Positions 15,916 through 26,160 of a stretch of 51,200 bases of DNA are shown piece by piece. Position 1 is the stretch's first letter, and every line of letters begins with the position of its first letter. Location of the stretch: positions 186-51,385 of the forward strand of contig DDER01000011.1 of assembly GCA_002336735.1 (NCBI GenBank). The letters are read 5' to 3'. The notes under the pieces were generated by a model. It did no database searches. It was not told the origin of the DNA and was given only the letters and a program-made list of their open reading frames with translations. A program made the position numbers and the translations under genes. Source of the stretch: Candidatus Saccharibacteria bacterium UBA1949 (GTDB lineage Bacteria; Patescibacteriota; Saccharimonadia; Saccharimonadales; Saccharimonadaceae).

Positions 15916-17700
15916 ATGAAACACTTAATAAAAGTGCTTGGTTATGCACGAAATCTATGGCCCTACTATGTCGGCGTGACGTTTTTTACGGTGCTCATGA
16001 GCCTCTCTGCGCTCGCAATACCATTTGTCATCAAGGCTGCTACCGATCTTGTCGTACGTTCGATTCAGACAGGTCAGCCAGATGTCGCAGGCGCGATATT
16101 TTTTGCTCTTATGCTGCTCGTTGTTGATATTTTTGGGACGATCGTCACCAATATAGGTGGGTATTTCGGGGATGTGATGAGCGCTAAGATGAAAAAACAA
16201 CTCAGCGAACGCTACTATACACATCTGCTCAAACTCCCGCAAGGGTACTACGACAAGGAGCTGACAGGTACGATCATCAATCGGCTCAACCGAACAATAT
16301 TTGAAGTAACGCAGTTTATGAATGCATTTGCAAATAACTTTTTCCAAATGCTTCTGACGGTGGTACTGACAATCATTATTATTTGGACATATAGCTGGGA
16401 ATTAGCGATACTCATCCTGATTCTGTACCCACTGTTTATGTGGCTGACGACACTGACGAGTAAAAAATGGCAACACTGGCAAGATGCCAAAAATCATGAG
16501 ACCGATCTCGCCAGCGGACGATTCGCTGAGGTCATATCGCAGATCCGCGTTGTCAAAAGTTTTGTCCAGGAAAATCTTGAATTTCGACATTTTGAGCGCA
16601 AATTTCAGAATACGATCAATATAACATACCAACAATCACGCTATTGGCACAGTATGGATGTGATACGGCGTACTGTTTTGAATATAATATTTTTTGCGAT
16701 ATTTGCGTATTTGTTTGTGAATACTGTCGAGGAGCGGTTTACCATCGGCGAGATGGTGTTGTTGATCCAATTGATTGGACTCGTCAGGATGCCGATATTC
16801 AGCATGAGCTTCCTGGTCGACCAAACCCAAAAAGCCATTTCTGGATGCCGAGATTATTTCCGAGTTATGGAGACCAAGCCCGGTATCATCGACAAATCTC
16901 ATGCGCCAGCGCTTGAAGTAACGCGCGGCGAGGTAAAATTCGATACCGTCACATTTGGTTATAATGATGGCGAAACAGTGCTAGATAGAGTGAGTTTCGT
17001 CGTAAACCCGGGAGAGAAGATTGCTCTGGTTGGCGAAAGTGGTCAGGGTAAGACGACGATCACCAGCTTGTTGATGCGGCTTTACGAGCCTGACAAGGGT
17101 GATATTATGATCGATGACATCTCGATTGCAAGCGTCCGCCAGACATCTCTACGAGATGCTATCGCTGCGGTATTCCAGGATGCGGCGTTGTTTAGCGGGA
17201 CAGTCCGTGAAAATATTAGTTATGCCAAGCCTCACGCTACAGAAGCACAGATCATCAAGGCCGCCAAGGCCGCCAATGCGTATGATTTTATCAAAACATT
17301 GCCAAGTGGTTTTGATACGGAGATCGGCGAGCGCGGCCTCAAGCTAAGTGGCGGCCAGAAGCAGCGCATTGCTATCGCGAGGGCAATCCTCAAAGATGCG
17401 CCGATTCTGGTTCTTGACGAAGCAACAAGTAGTCTGGACAGCAAAGCCGAGAAACTCGTACAAGAAGCGCTTAGTAGGCTCATGGAAGGCCGCACGACAT
17501 TGATCATCGCCCACCGGTTGAGCACGATAGCCCATGTTGATCGCATCATCACACTCAAGGGTGGTCGTATCGACGAAGAGGGCACGCCTGAACAACTGGC
17601 AGCCACCGGTGGAATATACAGCGAGCTGCTCGCGCTGCAAGCAGACACGCCAGAAATAGCCAAAAAACGCCTCAAGAAATTTGATATTAGCGGTTATTAA
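15916..17700 (+). CDS. ABC exporter, fused permease/ATPase (MsbA/Sav1866-like)
   Basis: TM domain plus GESGQGKT, LSGGQKQR, LDEATSSLD and IAHRLST motifs. Confidence 0.95.
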   Translation: MKHLIKVLGYARNLWPYYVGVTFFTVLMSLSALAIPFVIKAATDLVVRSIQTGQPDVAGAIFFALMLLVVDIFGTIVTNIGGYFGDVMSAKMKKQLSERYYTHLLKLPQGYYDKELTGTIINRLNRTIFEVTQFMNAFANNFFQMLLTVVLTIIIIWTYSWELAILILILYPLFMWLTTLTSKKWQHWQDAKNHETDLASGRFAEVISQIRVVKSFVQENLEFRHFERKFQNTINITYQQSRYWHSMDVIRRTVLNIIFFAIFAYLFVNTVEERFTIGEMVLLIQLIGLVRMPIFSMSFLVDQTQKAISGCRDYFRVMETKPGIIDKSHAPALEVTRGEVKFDTVTFGYNDGETVLDRVSFVVNPGEKIALVGESGQGKTTITSLLMRLYEPDKGDIMIDDISIASVRQTSLRDAIAAVFQDAALFSGTVRENISYAKPHATEAQIIKAAKAANAYDFIKTLPSGFDTEIGERGLKLSGGQKQRIAIARAILKDAPILVLDEATSSLDSKAEKLVQEALSRLMEGRTTLIIAHRLSTIAHVDRIITLKGGRIDEEGTPEQLAATGGIYSELLALQADTPEIAKKRLKKFDISGY

Positions 17701-17811
17701 GCCCCATGTGGGCTGTGAGTTTGGTATACTAGATATAGTGGTCTATGGCAGAGATGGGCCGGTGAGTTTGTCGGGAAGATGCCTTACAGTAGTATCAAAT
17801 AAAGGAGTAGT

Positions 17812-18450
17812 ATGGCCACAAAAAAAAGTCAGCGTATCGGGATAGTCATTATTATGCTCGTAATGGTAGTTGGGACAATTGGCTCATTTGTGGCAATGAT
17901 CCTTGGCAGTCATAATGCCAAGATTGATCTCGCAGCACAGCAAAAACAACAGGCTGAGGTCCAAAAGTTATTCTCTGAGTACCAGGCTACGGTTGCTGAG
18001 CGTGATAAGCAACTTTCCGACAAATATTATGCGCAGCTCGTTGAGCATAGTTCGCGAGTTAGCGCATTTGACCCGGCTACATTGACCTCACTTCAGCTAG
18101 TCGATCTCACAATAGGTGATGGAGAAGTTGTTACTGATCAAACTAAATATAGCGCATACTATATTGGCTGGAATCCTAAGGGGAAAATATTTGATCAATC
18201 CATCGACGGCAATAAGTTGAAATCACCACTGCCCAGCGGTGGTATGATTGATGGTTGGAATGAAGGGGTTGTTGGCATGAAACTGGGCGGCGTTCGTGAG
18301 ATCGCTGTGCCGTCTGACAAGGCATATAAGGATGCGGGGCAAGGTGATGATATTCCACCGAACACACCAATAAAATTTCTCGTCTTGCTCATACCGGTCG
18401 TGGAAGAAGTCCCCGTTCCACAGAAACTGCTTGAGGCGTATGGCAGCTAA
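17812..18450 (+). CDS. membrane-anchored FKBP-type peptidyl-prolyl isomerase
   Basis: N-terminal TM; YIG...G.IFD.S, MI.GWNEG..GM..GG.R...P...AY and IPPN motifs. SD AAGGAG. Confidence 0.92.
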   Translation: MATKKSQRIGIVIIMLVMVVGTIGSFVAMILGSHNAKIDLAAQQKQQAEVQKLFSEYQATVAERDKQLSDKYYAQLVEHSSRVSAFDPATLTSLQLVDLTIGDGEVVTDQTKYSAYYIGWNPKGKIFDQSIDGNKLKSPLPSGGMIDGWNEGVVGMKLGGVREIAVPSDKAYKDAGQGDDIPPNTPIKFLVLLIPVVEEVPVPQKLLEAYGS

Positions 18451-19387
18451 GTCTAAGAGCGTAACACGTGATGTTGTGATGATCGGTGCTGGCCCGACGG
18501 CATTGTCGGCGGCGATCTATACAACGCGCGAGGATATTGATACGGTACTCTACGAAAAAGCTGTCATCGGCGGTTTGGCTGCGACCACTGATCAGATCGA
18601 TAATTATCCTGGATTTGCCGAAGGAGTCCCCGGACTCGAGCTTGCAACTAGCCTAGAGAAACAAGCTGTACGTTTTGGAGCAGCTATCGAATACGGAGAG
18701 GTCAGTGCTATTGTCAACAAAGGTGACTACAAAGAAATCACTGTCGATGGCTCGCCTGTCAAAGCTCGAGCGGTCTTGATCGCGACTGGTAGTGACTACA
18801 ATAAGCTCGGTATCCCAGGTGAAGAAGCTTATTATGGGCGTGGTGTTCATTACTGCGCAACCTGCGATGGGGCTTTTTACCGCGATAAACGGCTGGCTGT
18901 CGTCGGAGGCGGCAACTCTGGCGTGCAAGAAGCAATATTTTTGACACGATTTGCGTCTCATATTGACCTATTGGTGCGTAGCTCAATCAAGGCAAGCCTG
19001 GTCCTCCAGCACGAGCTCGAACAGTATGTCAAAGCTGGTCAGATCACAGTCCATCTCGCGACCTCGCCGACAGAAATACTTGCAATAGACGGCAAAGTCA
19101 ATCGCGTGCGGATCGAAACAAGCGGCAAACAACACGATTTAGAAGTTGATGGTGTTTTCGTGTTTATTGGCCTCAAGCCAAACACGCAGTTTCTGGCTGG
19201 CAGCCCTATCGAGCTTGATGAAATCGGTCTGATAAAGACCGACGCAAAACTGCAAACATCAATGCATGGCGTCTATGCAGCCGGCGACGTACGTTCGGGT
19301 GCAACTATGCAGATCGCGAGTGCAGTGGGCGAAGGTGCAACTGCCGCACTCAATATTCGCGAGTACCTCGATGGGCTTAAGCGCTAA
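18440..19387 (+). CDS. trxB: thioredoxin-disulfide reductase
   Basis: GAGPTA, ATGS, CATC active site, GGGNSG and AAGDV motifs. Confidence 0.93.
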   Translation: MAAKSKSVTRDVVMIGAGPTALSAAIYTTREDIDTVLYEKAVIGGLAATTDQIDNYPGFAEGVPGLELATSLEKQAVRFGAAIEYGEVSAIVNKGDYKEITVDGSPVKARAVLIATGSDYNKLGIPGEEAYYGRGVHYCATCDGAFYRDKRLAVVGGGNSGVQEAIFLTRFASHIDLLVRSSIKASLVLQHELEQYVKAGQITVHLATSPTEILAIDGKVNRVRIETSGKQHDLEVDGVFVFIGLKPNTQFLAGSPIELDEIGLIKTDAKLQTSMHGVYAAGDVRSGATMQIASAVGEGATAALNIREYLDGLKR

Positions 19388-20379
19388 CGACCGACGATTT
19401 CTTTTTTGATAAAGGCTTCGATTTGAGCAATGACATCTGGATCTCGTGATTCAAGCGCGACTTCGCGCGTACCCAGCCAGACCCCGCCCGCCGAGAAATT
19501 GTGCGACCCTGAGATGGATATTTTTTCACCATCTGGCATCTCAAAAATCATACACTTTGCGTGGATATAGCGATCACCATCGTAGCGATTTGGTTGACGC
19601 TTGATGAGCTCATTCCATCGCAATAAGATGTAGTTGAATGAGCCTGTCAATGATGAACGGTTAAAATACATGGCACCAGGCTTTTGCTTTAGAATACGTC
19701 CGAGCTTGCCGCTAGGATTGTACTGCGACACATAGGTGATGTGTTTGGCTTTACTAGCATAATGACAGGCTCGTCGATAGATGATCGAGTCACCCACAAA
19801 GCCGCCATCGATCAATATAAGATTATCGGCAGTACCAAACTGATGACTAGGGTAGGCACTACCATATCGATCAGATGCTATAATTCGTAGGTGTTCTTTT
19901 GCGATGCGTAGCGCCAGGTTTTGATCGGTGATACGAAACATAAAGTCCGCGCTTGCAAGGCCTTTTGAGTAGAGATTGATACCACCAAAACAGTAGATTG
20001 TGGCATCAATAATAAGCCATTTGGTGTGAGTTCGACGTGCGAATAATGATGGACCGGCTTGACCTAGCCACGTAACGCGCGCCCCGCTTTTTTCTAGTGA
20101 CTGCTTCATGTGTCGGAGGCCCTGAATGTGCGAGCGAAAGTTTTTTACTGGCGACTTGGTGCCGTCGAACTCGCGATAGCTGAAAAACATATCCATCCCG
20201 ATATTGACATCAACGCCGCGGGCGGCGGCCTCTGTAATGGCCTTGATGATCTCGGTAGTATCATCGTCATCTGTCACGACAAGCGCTAGGAGGTATATCT
20301 GATGCTTAGCCCTGTGTATTTTTGTGATAATATCTTCGACATACTCAGTTGTATTTAGTAGTGTAAAGACAGAACGCAT
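19384..20379 (-). CDS. phospholipase D superfamily protein (cardiolipin synthase-like, no TM anchor)
   Basis: HTKWLIID...GGIN and a second HAKCMIFE...GSHN motif. Confidence 0.88.
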   Translation of the reverse strand: MRSVFTLLNTTEYVEDIITKIHRAKHQIYLLALVVTDDDDTTEIIKAITEAAARGVDVNIGMDMFFSYREFDGTKSPVKNFRSHIQGLRHMKQSLEKSGARVTWLGQAGPSLFARRTHTKWLIIDATIYCFGGINLYSKGLASADFMFRITDQNLALRIAKEHLRIIASDRYGSAYPSHQFGTADNLILIDGGFVGDSIIYRRACHYASKAKHITYVSQYNPSGKLGRILKQKPGAMYFNRSSLTGSFNYILLRWNELIKRQPNRYDGDRYIHAKCMIFEMPDGEKISISGSHNFSAGGVWLGTREVALESRDPDVIAQIEAFIKKEIVGR

Positions 20380-20448
20380 GGTATGTATTATATATCTTTC
20401 TTCTGAAAACTGATAAAATAAATGACAGTTTGATAAAAGGAGAAATAG

Positions 20449-20979
20449 ATGACAGATTTTAATACAGTCCTAAATCCTGGTGATGTCGATGGCGGCAGCA
20501 TTACCATTGTCGTTGAAATACCGGCAGGATCTAGTCATAAGATAGAGTGGAATCGTAAGGCGGCGTATATGCAGCTTGACCGAGTCGAGCCCCAGATATT
20601 CGCTAAGCCTACAAACTATGGTTTTATTCCCCAGACGCTTGATGAAGATGGCGACGAACTTGATGTTTTGCTTATCACGAACGAACCACTGCCTACGGGC
20701 GTGGTTGTCGAAGGTCGTATCGTGGGCGTCATGAAATTTATTGATGATGGTGAAGTCGATGACAAGATTGTGGCGGTGCCAAGTGATGATCGTCACACCA
20801 AAGATGCCATACAGAGCCTCGCTGATCTGCCAGAACAACTGCTCAAGCAGATTGAATTTCATTTTAATCATTACAAAGATCTCAAAAAACCTGGCTCGAC
20901 CAAAGTGCAGAGCTGGGGAAGTATTGAAGAGGCTAAGCAGGTAATCCACGAAGCAATCGATCGTTGGAATGAGCAATAG
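20449..20979 (+). CDS. ppa: inorganic pyrophosphatase (family I)
   Basis: NYGFIPQT, DGDELD, D.GE.D.K and F.HYK motifs; SD AAGGAG. Confidence 0.96.
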   Translation: MTDFNTVLNPGDVDGGSITIVVEIPAGSSHKIEWNRKAAYMQLDRVEPQIFAKPTNYGFIPQTLDEDGDELDVLLITNEPLPTGVVVEGRIVGVMKFIDDGEVDDKIVAVPSDDRHTKDAIQSLADLPEQLLKQIEFHFNHYKDLKKPGSTKVQSWGSIEEAKQVIHEAIDRWNEQ

Positions 20980-20984
20980 CTGCC

Positions 20985-22526
20985 TTATTTTTTGCGAAAG
21001 CTTTTGCGCTTACGATGGATGATTGCAGCTGCGCTCGATAGACGGCTAATCAGACCTTCACTTTTCAGTTGTGAGCGGAGTTTTATGCGCGCGTGACTTG
21101 TCGTGACAACATCCATCCAACCTTCTTTGGGGCCAGCGCCGCGCTTGGTAAGTATTTCGATTCGATCGCCATTTTGTAATACCTGATCAAATGGTGCGAT
21201 GCGGCCATTAATGCGAAAGGCATAGGCATTGCGCGCGACATCACTATGCACGAGGTAGGCAAAGTCAAGTGGCAGAGCGCCTTCGGGTAAGTTGAAAATA
21301 TCACCTTTTGGAGAGTAAACAAAGATACGATTCGAGAACAAATCGACCGCTAGCTGATCGTGGCTAATTGCTGTGCCACTTTGGAGTCGTGATGCAACAT
21401 CCTGAAGTTGAATGATCCATTGCAGTTGAGCGGGTAGTTTTGATAGACCGCCACGGCGTTTTAGGTATGATTTACTATTTTTTTGCTCTTGATAGTGAAA
21501 ACTGGCCGCCAGGCCACGCTCGGCATACTCGTGCATCGCAACGGTGCGGATCTGAAATTCGACGATTTGCTCATTGGGCGTTAGTACTACTGTGTGGAGG
21601 CTCTGATAGCCATTTGGCTTAGGCACGGCGATATAATCTTTGATGCGGCTGATCATCGGTTGATACAGACTATGCAAGATGCCGAGGACGCGGTAACAAT
21701 CCTCTTGTCTAGGTACGATAATACGCAGTGCCATGAGATCATAAATATTATCGATATCACCGCCGACCTTTGCTAGCTTGCGATGGAGGCTAAATATACT
21801 TTTGACGCGACCATCGATCTCAAAGGCAAGTTGCTGTTTTTTGAGTTCATTTTCAACTTCCTGACGTACCTTGCCGAGTTTTCGGGTGCTTCGACCCAGC
21901 CGTTTTTTCATGAGGTTTTGGACGCGCCGATACTCAACTGGCTCTAGGTATGCAAATGATAATTCTTCTATCTCCATACGAACACGCCCCATGCCCAGAC
22001 GGTCGGCCATTGGAGCAAATACATCAAGCGATTCGCGTGCAATTTTTTTCTGTTTGTCGAGCGGCATGTGCGACAATGTCCGGAGATTGTGTAAGCGGTC
22101 AGCAAGTTTGATGATAATCACCCGCACGTCATGGCCGACGGCGATAAGAAGCTTTGACAGATTATCCGTGGTTTGGGGTAAATAGTGCTCTAGGCTTTTC
22201 ATGCCAGCTCGTGTCTGACTGACTTTTGTGACTCCCTCTACTAAAAATGCTACGTTACGACCAAATAGTGATTCAATCTGCTCAGCAGTCGTGTCAGTAT
22301 CTTCTATGGTATCATGCAGTACGCCCGCCAGAATCGAATCAATATCCATGCCCCACTCTATCAATATTGCAGCCACGCTGAGCGGGTGAGTAATATATGG
22401 TTCGCCGCTACGGCGTTTTTGACCCTCATGTGCCTTGGTAGCAAACTCGATAGCATGTTCAAGCTCAAGTATATCGTTCTCGCTATAATTTGGTCGTGCA
22501 GATTCAATCAGATCATGTGTAGGCAT
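20985..22526 (-). CDS. RelA/SpoT homologue (HD + synthetase + TGS; lacks ZFD/ACT)
   Basis: LHDTIED, KLADRLHN, GRVKS, YDLMALR, NGYQSLHT, EFQIRT and TGS DFAY.VH motifs; ends at 513 aa. Confidence 0.95.
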   Translation of the reverse strand: MPTHDLIESARPNYSENDILELEHAIEFATKAHEGQKRRSGEPYITHPLSVAAILIEWGMDIDSILAGVLHDTIEDTDTTAEQIESLFGRNVAFLVEGVTKVSQTRAGMKSLEHYLPQTTDNLSKLLIAVGHDVRVIIIKLADRLHNLRTLSHMPLDKQKKIARESLDVFAPMADRLGMGRVRMEIEELSFAYLEPVEYRRVQNLMKKRLGRSTRKLGKVRQEVENELKKQQLAFEIDGRVKSIFSLHRKLAKVGGDIDNIYDLMALRIIVPRQEDCYRVLGILHSLYQPMISRIKDYIAVPKPNGYQSLHTVVLTPNEQIVEFQIRTVAMHEYAERGLAASFHYQEQKNSKSYLKRRGGLSKLPAQLQWIIQLQDVASRLQSGTAISHDQLAVDLFSNRIFVYSPKGDIFNLPEGALPLDFAYLVHSDVARNAYAFRINGRIAPFDQVLQNGDRIEILTKRGAGPKEGWMDVVTTSHARIKLRSQLKSEGLISRLSSAAAIIHRKRKSFRKK

Positions 22527-22591
22527 AGATTATATTATACGTGTATCGGCCTTTCTTTACACGTAAGATCATATCGCTTATACTTATAGCT

Positions 22592-23044
22592 ATGAAGATA
22601 TTTCTCGGAGCAGACCATGGCGGGTATCATCTCAAGGAGAAAATTGAGCTATATCTACTCAAGCGGGGCTATAATATTGAAGATGTCGGGAGTGAAGAGC
22701 TTGATCCCCAGGATGACTTTCCGCAATTTGCTCAAATGGCTGCCATAAAAGTGCTTGGCGAAGATGAAAAAACCGATCCACGCGCTATCCTGATATGTAC
22801 GGGCGGTCAGGGCATGTGTATTGCGGCTAATCGTTTTCGTGGCATTCGGGCGGTCGTGATATGGGATGCCTTTGAGGCACGCGAGAGCCGCAATGACAAT
22901 AATAGCAATGTTCTTTGTCTGCCAGCGCGACTACTCGATGACGATGCCGAGCTTTGGAAGAGTATTATCGATACGTGGCTTGTGGCGCCGTTTGCAGGAG
23001 CCGCTCGATATAAGCGTCGTAATGCAGAATTGGATATGTTTTAG
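22592..23044 (+). CDS. rpiB: ribose-5-phosphate isomerase B
   Basis: GADHGG, LICTGGQG, AANR and N.SNVLCL motifs. Confidence 0.9.
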   Translation: MKIFLGADHGGYHLKEKIELYLLKRGYNIEDVGSEELDPQDDFPQFAQMAAIKVLGEDEKTDPRAILICTGGQGMCIAANRFRGIRAVVIWDAFEARESRNDNNSNVLCLPARLLDDDAELWKSIIDTWLVAPFAGAARYKRRNAELDMF

Positions 23045-23046
23045 CC

Positions 23047-23694
23047 GTGGCTGTTATCGCGCCGTGTATTACTGTTGAAACAGTCGAAGACTATCAGGCG
23101 TCTATCGACCGCATTCGACCGTTCGCCGAGAGGGTTCATATTGATGTTTCTGATGGTGAATTTGCACCTCGAAAACTGATTGATGTAACATCGCTTTTTT
23201 GGCCGGAAGCATGGACTGTCGATGTACATGTTATGATGAAACGGCCACGTGAGGCGCTCCAATATCTTATATCGTATAAACCCCACACGATCGTGCTGCA
23301 CGCCGAAGCAGACGAAGAGATCGTTCCATTACTCACGTACATTCGCGACAATGGTGTTCGGGCAGGCGTAGCTTTGTTGCGGGGTACGGTACCGAGCGCT
23401 GTGGCGGAAGCGATCAAGCATAGCGACTATGTGATGATATTTTCAGGTGATTTGGGGCATTATGGAGGTACTGCTAATATGATGCAGCTAGAGAAGGTGC
23501 GTTTGATTCGAGCTATCAAGGCGGATGTAGAAATAGCATGGGACGGTGGTGTCAGTGTCGAAAATGCCTACAATCTCATGCAAGGAGGAGTCGATGTGCT
23601 CAATGCTGGAGGCGCTATCAACAAGTCCGAAGATCCACGGGCAGCCTACAATCAGCTTGTCAGCGAGATCAATAGACAATCGAGCTTCATGTAA
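23047..23694 (+). CDS. rpe: ribulose-phosphate 3-epimerase
   Basis: HIDVSDG.F, DVHVM and WDGGV motifs. Confidence 0.9.
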   Translation: MAVIAPCITVETVEDYQASIDRIRPFAERVHIDVSDGEFAPRKLIDVTSLFWPEAWTVDVHVMMKRPREALQYLISYKPHTIVLHAEADEEIVPLLTYIRDNGVRAGVALLRGTVPSAVAEAIKHSDYVMIFSGDLGHYGGTANMMQLEKVRLIRAIKADVEIAWDGGVSVENAYNLMQGGVDVLNAGGAINKSEDPRAAYNQLVSEINRQSSFM

Positions 23695-23721
23695 GTGAGC
23701 AAAATCAACAGAGGAGACGAT

Positions 23722-24582
23722 ATGACTGGGCAACTTACCCAACACCAACTCGAAAAAACTGCCAATAGTGTTAGAAAGACGTTGATTACCATGCTAGAAG
23801 AGGCAGGGAGCGGGCACAGCGCAGGTCCGTTGGGCCTGGCAGACCTCATGACGGCGCTTTATTTTGACATTATGACTATCGACCCAGCCCGGCCTGATTG
23901 GTCAGAGCGAGATATCTTTGTGCTCAGCAATGGCCACTGTGTGCCGGTACAGTATGCTTGTATGGCAGAGCGAGGATTTTTTGACAAATCAGAGCTCATG
24001 ACACTGCGGAAACTAGGTAGTCGTTTGCAGGGTCACCCTGAACGAACCAAACTGCCGGGTCTCGAGGTCACGAGCGGTCCGTTAGGAGAGGGGCTAGGAC
24101 AGGCTGCTGGGTATGCATATGCTTTGCAATATCTTGATCATCAGCGTCATCGATGGGTATATTGTGTGACGGGCGATGGAGAGTTGAACGAAGGAAATAT
24201 TTGGGAGACAGCCATGTTTGCTGCTAAGTACCGGTTGAGCCAGCTCATTGTCTTTGTCGATCGTAATAATATCCAGATCGACGGCCCCACGGAAGATGTC
24301 ATGCCGCTTGAAGACTTGCACGACAAATGGGAAAGTTTTGGCTGGCATGTTCAAGAGATAGATGGACACAACATTGAGAGTATTCAGGATGCGGTAGGGA
24401 TGGCAAAGGCAATCGAGAACCGCCCCAGTGCCATCATTGCTCACACCATACCGGGCAAGGGAGTTGACTTCATGGAATATGACTACAAGTGGCACGGCGT
24501 CCCGCCAAATCATGATCAGGCTAAAGAAGCATTGCATAAGTTACGGACACTCGATGGCCGTATACGAGGAGAGCACAGATAA
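23722..24582 (+). CDS. tkt: transketolase, N-terminal (TPP-binding) subunit
   Basis: GSGH, LSNGH, LQGHP, GDGEL.EG..WE and D.N..QIDG motifs. SD GAGGAG before ATG 23722. Confidence 0.94.
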   Translation: MTGQLTQHQLEKTANSVRKTLITMLEEAGSGHSAGPLGLADLMTALYFDIMTIDPARPDWSERDIFVLSNGHCVPVQYACMAERGFFDKSELMTLRKLGSRLQGHPERTKLPGLEVTSGPLGEGLGQAAGYAYALQYLDHQRHRWVYCVTGDGELNEGNIWETAMFAAKYRLSQLIVFVDRNNIQIDGPTEDVMPLEDLHDKWESFGWHVQEIDGHNIESIQDAVGMAKAIENRPSAIIAHTIPGKGVDFMEYDYKWHGVPPNHDQAKEALHKLRTLDGRIRGEHR

Positions 24583-25577
24583 TGAACTATCCATTGAACC
24601 CTAAAGTGTTGAAGCCGGATGTTGAGATGGATGCGATACGAGCTGGATTTGGCCGCGGTCTTAAAATAGCCGGCGATCAGGATCCGCGAGTGGTTGCACT
24701 ATCGGCTGATCTGGCCGAGAGCACGCAAGCACATCTGTTTGCCGAAGCTCACCCTGAGCGCTTCATAGAAGTAGGTATCGCTGAGCAGAATATGGCGTGT
24801 CTTGCAGCTGGGCTGGCGCAGGCAGGCAAAATACCATTTGCGACCAGTTTTGCGGCGTTTAGCCCTGGCCGTAATTGGGAGCAAATCAAGACAACGGCTT
24901 GTATCAATGAGCAGCCCGTTAAGATCGTGGGTTCTCACGCTGGGCTGAGTGATGGCCCTGATGGCGCGACGCATCAGATGTGTGAGGATATTGCCTTGAT
25001 GCGCGTACTACCCGAAATAGTCGTGATCGCACCCGGTGACAGTCTCGAAGCTGAGCGTGCCACGCTCGCTATCGCCGTTGATGATCGTCCGACCTATCTT
25101 CGTCTCGCACGCGAGAAAACAGCGATTATCTCAACAGCTACCTCGCCATTTGAGATCGGCCGGGCCTATGTACTGCGCGAAGGAACCGACATCTCGTTGT
25201 TTGCTACGGGTACGATGACGTATCAGTGCCTCGCGGCCGCACAAATATTAAGTAAGCACAATATTTCCGCCGAAGTTGTCCATGTGCCGACGATAAAGCC
25301 GCTCGATAAAGAGACGATTTTATCGAGTGTAGGCAAAACTGGCCGCGCCATTACCACCGAGGAAGCCCAAGCGGCTGGCGGATTTGGCGGTGCAATTGTC
25401 GAACTGCTGTCCGAACAGCTGCCCGTACCGGTGCGGCGTATTGGTATGCTCGATCGCTACGGCGAAAGTGGTAGCTATGCAGAGCTTCTCGCTGTCTGCG
25501 GCCTCGACGCCGCGTCGATCGCCAAAACTACCACTGAGTTTGTGGCCAAAGTGCCACAGTACAAAGCCGGATATTAA
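24582..25577 (+). CDS. tkt: transketolase, C-terminal subunit
   Basis: SADL, GIAEQNM, G.DGATHQ, YLRL.R and TIKPLD motifs. Confidence 0.94.
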   Translation: MNYPLNPKVLKPDVEMDAIRAGFGRGLKIAGDQDPRVVALSADLAESTQAHLFAEAHPERFIEVGIAEQNMACLAAGLAQAGKIPFATSFAAFSPGRNWEQIKTTACINEQPVKIVGSHAGLSDGPDGATHQMCEDIALMRVLPEIVVIAPGDSLEAERATLAIAVDDRPTYLRLAREKTAIISTATSPFEIGRAYVLREGTDISLFATGTMTYQCLAAAQILSKHNISAEVVHVPTIKPLDKETILSSVGKTGRAITTEEAQAAGGFGGAIVELLSEQLPVPVRRIGMLDRYGESGSYAELLAVCGLDAASIAKTTTEFVAKVPQYKAGY

Positions 25578-25816
25578 AGTATTGGTATCACGGAGTTATC
25601 CTGTGCGGCTAAAGCTGTACTCTATCTTGTTCGTCTCCTACTTTGTGCGCCGCGGTCAACTCTCAGGCTGCAATTGCTTAACGGTCGATGAATGGGATAG
25701 GGCACGGCTTTAGCCGAGCCAGCATATGCCCAAATCAGTACAAGATGAAAACGGCCCACCATGCGGGCTCGACGTGGCGGACGATGGATCCAGCACGGTG
25801 CCGTTTTCGGTGGGCG

Positions 25817-26014
25817 TTACTCTTCCCCTTCCTCTTGATGTCTGTAACCGGCAGCAGCAGTAGCACTGAGGCCAGCCGCTACGGTAAAAATAAGTGCCGC
25901 TAGTATGGCCCATGTCGACCACCAGTGATGAGCCGCGCTCGCGGCGATAGTGACCCATGCTAGGGCCATGAATGCGTTGATGTATGCCAGGCACGTGTAG
26001 AGGCGGCTTTTCAT
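25817..26014 (-). CDS. small two-TM hydrophobic protein
   Basis: Own promoter TTGACT (26087..26082)-17-TACGAT (26064..26059), SD AAAGGAG, and a long 3' hairpin at about 25746-25810. Confidence 0.6.
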   Translation of the reverse strand: MKSRLYTCLAYINAFMALAWVTIAASAAHHWWSTWAILAALIFTVAAGLSATAAAGYRHQEEGEE

Positions 26015-26160
26015 CACTGACTCCTTTAGTCGATGTAGCGAAAGAAAAGTATCTTATTATCGTATCATACTTGTTTATAAAAGTCAATAGTTTCGTTGCC
26101 ATAACAGAGATGATATACTTAGGATAAACATAATCACTTCTATAGGGAGCGGCAATACAG

